DNA from: Promethearchaeia archaeon
GTDB lineage: Archaea; Asgardarchaeota; Lokiarchaeia; Sigyniarchaeales; SOKP01
Direction: 5' to 3'
Assembly: GCA_046497275.1 (NCBI GenBank)
Contig: JAWOFX010000057.1
Coordinates: forward strand, 117,249-149,248
Length of the DNA: 32,000 nucleotides
This document shows, piece after piece, positions 26,242 through 32,000 of this stretch. Under the pieces are notes generated by a model. The model was not told where the DNA came from. It saw only the letters and a program-made list of their open reading frames with translations, and did not search any database. Position numbers and translations under genes: made by a program. Position 1 is the stretch's first letter. Each line of letters starts with the position of its first letter.

Positions 26242-29127
26242 TTAATCTTGGGGTATAGTGAAAAAGATTTTTGTTCCTTTATTTAATCCTGGAGATTCTG
26301 CCCAAATTTCTCCCCCATGTGAGTTAATAATTCCTTTACATATATATAATCCCAAACCTGTTCCTCTATATTTAATTTCATGTTTTAATGGACTTTTTAT
26401 CCGTTCGAATTTTCGAAATAATCTTTTTATTTCATCTTCACTCAATCCTAACCCATTATCCTCAACTTTAAATAAAAATTTATGGTTATCTTTTTCTTCG
26501 CCCGAAATCTTTATTATTCCATTTTCTTTCGTAAATTTAATTGCATTTGAGATTAAATTAGTGAAAACTTGAGATATACGCTCTGGATCAACATTTAACG
26601 TCATTTGGTTTTCTATATCAAGCAAGATATTATGATTCTTTTCTTTTATTTGATAAGAGAGATCTTTAATACATTCTTCAACCAGATGTCTTATTTGAAC
26701 CTTTTCTTTTTTAAGCTTTAGTTTTTGATCATCAATTTTCATTACTTCAAAAAGTTGATTCATCAAATTTTCTAAACGCTTAACATTTTTTTTAATAATT
26801 GCTAAATCATTTTTTACTTCTGAATCGATATTATCTTTATGTTTCATTAGTAAATAATCTGTATATCCAGAGATTGAAATCAAAGGGGTTTTTAGCTCGT
26901 GGGCAGCATTTTGAATAAATTCATTTTTTAAATTATCTAATCGTCTTAATTCAATATTTTGCTTCCTTAGCTTTTCTTCTGATTCTTTTAATTCTTTTGT
27001 TCTTTCAACAACCTTCTGTTCTAATTCTTTATTTAATATTTTTAGTTTCTCTTGTGACTCTTTGATTTTCTGTTGAGCTTTTTTATTTTCGGTAATATCT
27101 TGGATAATAACTTGTACCAATGTTTCATCTCCTAATTTTATTAGCGAACCAATCACGTTTAACCACATTGATGTTCCATCTCCTCTTTTTAATAGAACCT
27201 CAGTAGGATCTAATTTCTCTCCTTCTCTTATTTTTGAAAACCGTTTTTTAAAAAAGGGGATAAAATAATCAGATTTATCAAGAAGAGACAAGATCTCAAT
27301 AAAATTGTTTCCAATTAAATCCTCTTTAGTGTGATTTGCTAATAATTTGTTTGTGGTTGTATTGCAATCTATAATTGTTCCATCCAATTGCACTAACCAA
27401 ATTACTAAAGGAGATCCTTCGAAAAGATACCGATACTTTTCCTCAGATTTTTTAAGTTTTTCTTCTGTCTTTTTTCGTTCTTCAATCTCTTTTTTTAAAG
27501 TTATTTCTGATTTTTTTCTCTCAGTGATATCACTAATAATTCCACGAAGTCCGATAATTTCATGATCTTTATAAATTGGCATCACATGACTTCTTCCATA
27601 GAAATAGCTTCCATCTATCTTTTGTAAAAGAACATCCTTAGGTTCAATATTTTTACCTTTAAAGATTTCTTTAATATCGCTTAATGCATCATTGAAATCT
27701 AAGGGTGCTATAAATTCTGTAATTTTCTGATTTTTATAATCTTCCTTATTGAGTCCAAATTTTTCTACTCCAAAATTATTAACATAAGTTAATTTTAAAT
27801 CTTTATCGAATTCATAAATAATAATGGGTAAAGATTGTGCTAAGGTTCTATATTTTTTTTCTGATTCTATTAATTTTTGCTCTGCTTCTAATAACTTTGA
27901 TATGTCGTGAATTATGCCAAGAAGTCCAGTTATTTCTCCATCCTTATATAAGGGTCTTGAATGAAGCATCACGTAAATTTTGGAGCCATCCTTTTTTATC
28001 ATCTCATATTCATGAGCTTCCGTAATTGCACCCTCAATAACTTTATTAAAATTACTCCGCAAGAAATCTAAATGTTCTTTAGGAAAAAATTCAGAAATGT
28101 GTTTTTTATTCGATATTTCATCGGGTTCGTATCCTAAAATATTATGAACTACTGAATTGACATATGTTATTATTCCTTTTCTATTAACTGTATAAACAAT
28201 ATCGGGCAATAATTCATTTAATTTTCTAAATCGTTTCTCACTGCTTTCTAAAGCTTTTTTTGCTTTTATTCTCTCAGTAATATCTTCATATGCCATTAGA
28301 ATGCCAATTACATTTCCAGCTAAATCTCTTAAAGGTAATCTTGATGCGTCAAAATATCGTATTTCATCGTCTATCCTAAACCAATCTTCTATATTATGTA
28401 ATTCTGGATTCTTTGAGTTTATTATATTTTCCTCCTTTTTGTTAAGATATTGCTTTATGTCATCTTTATGATATATTTCTTCGTTAGATTTCCCTATTAT
28501 TTTCCCAGGTTTATTTAATCCAATTACTCGGGCAAAATTTATATTGCAACCTAAAAATGTGAGATCTTTATCCTTCCAAGCAATATATTGAGGCATCTGA
28601 TCCAAAACAAATTGAAGCATCTCGAGAGATTCTTCTAATGCACTTACTCTCTGCTTTGGTTGCAATAATTTCCAAAAACTCACTTCTGATAATGATTCAT
28701 AGAAATCGCTTTCTTTAAGTTTTCCCTTCTTAGACATTAAATCTTTTGTTTTAAAAATATTATTTAAGAATAGAACGGTTTTGGCAGAATTTCTATTAGT
28801 TTGAATTTCCTTTCCCTTTAGAAAATACCAAATAAAACCCCCATTTTTATTAATCAATCGTATTTCAATTTTTGAATCTTTATCTTTTCTAATCTTTTTT
28901 AAAAGATTTTGAAGCTTATCTTGATCCTCATGATATATGATCGATTTTATAGGTTTTTGAGTCAATTCATCTGAATCAAATCCAATATATTTCTTGCATT
29001 TTTGACTGATATATTCAATTCTATGATTGTTATTTATAATTATAATTATATTCTCTGTATTTTCAATTAGTTTTTTAATAAAATCAATTGTTTCTTTGTT
29101 ATTTAGAAGTTCTTTAAGTTCTGCCAT
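26242..29127 (-). CDS. Soluble multi-PAS (about five PAS/PAC) sensor histidine kinase
   Basis: Repeated 'ESEKKYR/SEEKYR...DITERK' PAS linkers; HisKA 'AAHELKTPL', N-box 'FTNLISNAIKF', 'VEDNGLG', 'GTGLGLYICKGII'; no TM segments. Confidence 0.93.
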   Translation of the reverse strand: MAELKELLNNKETIDFIKKLIENTENIIIIINNNHRIEYISQKCKKYIGFDSDELTQKPIKSIIYHEDQDKLQNLLKKIRKDKDSKIEIRLINKNGGFIWYFLKGKEIQTNRNSAKTVLFLNNIFKTKDLMSKKGKLKESDFYESLSEVSFWKLLQPKQRVSALEESLEMLQFVLDQMPQYIAWKDKDLTFLGCNINFARVIGLNKPGKIIGKSNEEIYHKDDIKQYLNKKEENIINSKNPELHNIEDWFRIDDEIRYFDASRLPLRDLAGNVIGILMAYEDITERIKAKKALESSEKRFRKLNELLPDIVYTVNRKGIITYVNSVVHNILGYEPDEISNKKHISEFFPKEHLDFLRSNFNKVIEGAITEAHEYEMIKKDGSKIYVMLHSRPLYKDGEITGLLGIIHDISKLLEAEQKLIESEKKYRTLAQSLPIIIYEFDKDLKLTYVNNFGVEKFGLNKEDYKNQKITEFIAPLDFNDALSDIKEIFKGKNIEPKDVLLQKIDGSYFYGRSHVMPIYKDHEIIGLRGIISDITERKKSEITLKKEIEERKKTEEKLKKSEEKYRYLFEGSPLVIWLVQLDGTIIDCNTTTNKLLANHTKEDLIGNNFIEILSLLDKSDYFIPFFKKRFSKIREGEKLDPTEVLLKRGDGTSMWLNVIGSLIKLGDETLVQVIIQDITENKKAQQKIKESQEKLKILNKELEQKVVERTKELKESEEKLRKQNIELRRLDNLKNEFIQNAAHELKTPLISISGYTDYLLMKHKDNIDSEVKNDLAIIKKNVKRLENLMNQLFEVMKIDDQKLKLKKEKVQIRHLVEECIKDLSYQIKEKNHNILLDIENQMTLNVDPERISQVFTNLISNAIKFTKENGIIKISGEEKDNHKFLFKVEDNGLGLSEDEIKRLFRKFERIKSPLKHEIKYRGTGLGLYICKGIINSHGGEIWAESPGLNKGTKIFFTIPQD

Positions 29128-29407
29128 GGGTATAATTCTATAGTTTTTCCTAATTTTTTTCTTTATTGAAATATGGTAGTTTAATTATTTTAAATTATGT
29201 ATATATTATAATAAAGAAGTCTAAAGTTAAATTCTGTTCTCCTAATTTTTTCTTCAGATTCAGCTAAAATTTCTTCATTATTCATTTTACATATATTTTC
29301 TGAAATATAAATTGCTTGAATTTCATATTAGGAAAACAAAAAAAAATATATAATAAATTCATAAATCTATTAACACTTTCAAAAATTACATTCTATTGAT
29401 TTGACTA

Positions 29408-30058
29408 TCAATCAGCCGAATTTTTAAATGGAATCTCTTTCTCAAACAACTTATAAGCATGTATTAATCGTTGCAAAGCTGTTAAAAATATTAATATTGC
29501 AAAAATCCATAAGAAAAGATAACGTAATGATATAAGTAGAATAAGGATCGTTAAAAACAAAAAAGTCTCACCTCTTTCCATAATTCCTCTCGCATAGTAA
29601 ATCATTTTCTCATTCTCTTTAAGATTCTTTTCGTTTACAGCCCCTCCTATTGCTAAAAATACAGTAATACATAAAATAATAGCCGCTAAAGTAAAAACAC
29701 CTGGCCATAATAGATTTTTATTAGTAGAAATAATAGAAATAATTACAACTATCTCAACAGTTCTATCACAAAATAGGTCTAATACTCCTCCAAAAGCAGT
29801 TGAACCTTCTTTTCGTGCCACTACCCCATCTAATGTATCGAGAAAAAAAGATATTATCAAGAAAATGGTCGCAATAAGTAAAATATAGAAATTATTACTT
29901 AAAAAACTACTTAGAAAGATAATAAAAGCACTTATTATTCCAGTCAGTAATCCTAGAGCAGTTAGCATGTTTGCTGTTATCTTTCCTTGTAATTTTTTTT
30001 GAAAGAATTTTTCAAAAATTTGTTTCAATTTTGTTTTAGTTAAAAAATTATCAATCAT
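29408..30058 (-). CDS. CDP-alcohol phosphatidyltransferase
   Basis: Signature D-x2-DG-x2-AR-x7-G-x3-D-x3-D (DTLDGVVARKEGSTAFGGVLDLFCD); 'TANMLT', 'MERGE'. Confidence 0.9.
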   Translation of the reverse strand: MIDNFLTKTKLKQIFEKFFQKKLQGKITANMLTALGLLTGIISAFIIFLSSFLSNNFYILLIATIFLIISFFLDTLDGVVARKEGSTAFGGVLDLFCDRTVEIVVIISIISTNKNLLWPGVFTLAAIILCITVFLAIGGAVNEKNLKENEKMIYYARGIMERGETFLFLTILILLISLRYLFLWIFAILIFLTALQRLIHAYKLFEKEIPFKNSAD

Positions 30059-30339
30059 CTTTTCTATAGAAGAGTTTAGTATTATTAATAGAATTTCATT
30101 GAAAACAACTTCAAAATATTCACATTTTTATAGTTAAATATTGGTTTTATTATTTTTATTTTCTAATTTTTAAGAAATAAAGAGTAATATAGATGGGATT
30201 TTAAACTAAATCTCTATGCTTTTAAAAAAAATTATGTAAAAAAGAACTGCTCTTGGCTAAAAGATCTAAATCTTTAAATATTTAAGAATTGAAAATTATT
30301 CAAATAAAACTTAATTTAAAGAATTATCATTAAGGATAA

Positions 30340-31740
30340 ATGATTGAACGAAAAAAACTATCTTTTAAAGAAAAATTTTTATTCGGAATTTCAGCGATAC
30401 CTGACCATATAACATACCAAGGTTTCTCGTTATTAGTCTTTACATACTATTTCTCAGTTATACAACTAAAGAATCTTGTATGGGTGGGATTCATAATTTG
30501 GAGTATATGGAATATGATTAACGATCCAATTCTTGGAGCTCTTTCTGATAAAACAAAAAAAAGAGAGTGGGGTAAAAGAAGATTTTTTCTCATTATATCT
30601 GTTGTCCCCCTTGCTATTTCTATGTTTTTTCTATTTTATGTACCATTTAACACAACTTCTAAAATTCTCGAATTTGCGTATTTTTTAGCTATCATAATTA
30701 TTTTTGAATTCTTTTATACTCTCTTTGACGTAAATATAAATTCTATATTTCCAGAGCAATTTCCAACAGAATCCGAACGTGCTCAAGCAAATATATTTGT
30801 AAAAGCATTTACAGTTCTAGCTGTAATATTGGCTGCCGTTCCTACTTTAACTCAACAAACCCCACAGACAACAGATCCCCAAGAAATCATTTATTTAAAA
30901 TCATTATACCTAATTTGGGGTATTTATTTAGCAGCTATGGTGATTATCTTTGCTATTCCATTTCTTTGGAAAGGTATCAAAAAAGAGAAAGAAACAGATG
31001 AAGTTTATGAAAAACGACCAGGGTTTATAGCATCATTAAAATCAACATTGAAAAATAAAAATTTTGTAAAATTTGTTATCGCTAACACGATGGTTTGGTA
31101 TGTGTTTAACACTCTAATCACCATATTTCCCTTATACTTTGAACATGTAATAGATGTCACAGCTGAAGAAGCTTTTATAAAAACACTTGCATTAGTTAGC
31201 GCTCTATTAGTTGCTGCATTTGTACTTCCTTTCCATAAATGGTTAGGAACGAAATACGGAATGCGAAATGCAATGATGATTAATATGGGCTTATGGATTA
31301 TTTTATTAACTCCTTTTTTCTTTATAGGTTCAGGAGATAAAGTCTTTGGATTAATCGTGACGGCAATACAAGGAATTTCTCTCTCTGGTGCACTTTTTTA
31401 TGTGGATATTTTAATCGGAGATATAATTGATGAAGATGCATCTGTTCATGGAGTTAAACGATCTGCAAGCTTTTATGGAGTAAATGCACTTATTCATCGA
31501 ACATCTACAATTCTTACAATGCTTACTATATTTATTGTGTTTCAGGGAACTGATTGGTCCGGTGGATATACACCGATTTATGATGAAGCTATTATAGAAT
31601 TGGCGCTTAAATTAATCATATTTGTCTTTCCATCCATAGGATGTATAATTTCAGTTTTATTCTTAAAATCTTTTGATCTTCATGGAGAAAAGCTTAAAAA
31701 GATGAGAAAAAGACTTGAAGAATATCCAGAATTATTCTAA
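30340..31740 (+). CDS. MFS transporter, glycoside-pentoside-hexuronide (MelB-like) family
   Basis: About 12 TMs; 'WNMINDPILGALSDKT...WGKRR', 'DIIDED......KRSASFYG'. Confidence 0.9.
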   Translation: MIERKKLSFKEKFLFGISAIPDHITYQGFSLLVFTYYFSVIQLKNLVWVGFIIWSIWNMINDPILGALSDKTKKREWGKRRFFLIISVVPLAISMFFLFYVPFNTTSKILEFAYFLAIIIIFEFFYTLFDVNINSIFPEQFPTESERAQANIFVKAFTVLAVILAAVPTLTQQTPQTTDPQEIIYLKSLYLIWGIYLAAMVIIFAIPFLWKGIKKEKETDEVYEKRPGFIASLKSTLKNKNFVKFVIANTMVWYVFNTLITIFPLYFEHVIDVTAEEAFIKTLALVSALLVAAFVLPFHKWLGTKYGMRNAMMINMGLWIILLTPFFFIGSGDKVFGLIVTAIQGISLSGALFYVDILIGDIIDEDASVHGVKRSASFYGVNALIHRTSTILTMLTIFIVFQGTDWSGGYTPIYDEAIIELALKLIIFVFPSIGCIISVLFLKSFDLHGEKLKKMRKRLEEYPELF

Positions 31741-31770
31741 TTCTTTTTTTTCCTTTAATTTTAATTTTCA
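31741..31770 (+). terminator. Oligo-T terminator after the MFS gene
   Basis: TTCTTTTTTTTCCTTTAATTTT directly after the stop (T8 run). Confidence 0.5.
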
Positions 31771-32000
31771 TATAAGATAATTAATCTCAAAGAATAATAA
31801 AAAAAAATCAATTGAGTAAATTTTAAGTTTTATATTTTTTATTTTTTTTCCTTATTTTTAAGTTAATTCATTTCTTTAAATTGTTTCTATGCTTATTAGA
31901 TTTATGTCGAGTCTCATCACACATAAGATGTGAAATTTTATGATCGGGGCGGAAATAATTCAAAATCATAATCTCTTAGATTTGAATAATGTAGGATCAG

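Noticed and set aside
2460-27565. Numerous 60-116 aa ORFs antisense to or overlapping long genes (e.g. 2460-2654, 4456-4788, 5167-5355, 9957-10142, 12760-15243 set, 20229-20474, 21317-21523, 21886-22077, 23021-23275, 24041-24793, 26258-26572, 27347-27565)
   Set aside because: All lie within well-supported genes, have no recognisable motifs and show antisense-type composition.
27837-28025. 62-aa plus-strand ORF inside the kinase
   Set aside because: Antisense shadow with no motif or RBS.
23863-29410. Possible selenocysteine readthrough at the TGA stops of abfD (23863) and the CDP-alcohol phosphatidyltransferase (29408)
   Set aside because: Both are followed within one or two codons by TAG, and the proteins are already full length.
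31914-31933. Inverted repeat TCACA-N7-TGTGA (reverse CRP-like)
   Set aside because: Orientation and spacing differ from a CRP site; short; the downstream gene is outside the window.
1-32000. tRNA, rRNA, CRISPR arrays, IS elements, integrases
   Set aside because: No cloverleaf/T-loop motifs, GC-rich structured RNA stretches, regularly spaced repeats or recombinase/transposase ORFs were seen by eye; a tRNAscan/Infernal run would be needed to exclude small RNAs.

Overview
Strongly AT-rich archaeal DNA, most likely an Asgard archaeon (Lokiarchaeia-like). This is inferred from a eukaryote-type actin-family gene, a multi-PAS orphan kinase, a COG3398-like wHTH regulator and archaeal TATA/oligo-T signals. 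About 26 plausible CDS: an FAD/Fe-S dehydrogenase pair, endonuclease IV, a split-MgtE/PhoU-RCK_C/SIS operon, a SERCA-like P-type ATPase, an LLM oxidoreductase, a PIG-L deacetylase, 4-hydroxybutyryl-CoA dehydratase, topoisomerase IA, a PAS histidine kinase, a CDP-alcohol phosphatidyltransferase and a GPH/MFS transporter. I saw no rRNA, tRNA, CRISPR array, integrase or transposase. The best candidate for an undescribed system is 17.8-21.2 kb. There a protein built as leucine zipper + (GPPKAPS)n Pro-rich linker + C-terminal WH2-like helix-LKKI motif lies two genes upstream of a divergent actin-related protein. That actin has altered ATPase residues but an intact WH2-binding cleft. A second structure is missed by the ORF track: a phosphoribosyltransferase gene broken into an N-terminal piece (7722-7946) and a C-terminal piece (15721-15804). 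The pieces bracket a ~7.8 kb block that carries an intact paralog. Also notable: a TOP3B-like Zn-ribbon tail on the topoisomerase, a probable ATA start codon, and two coupled claudin-topology membrane paralogs.
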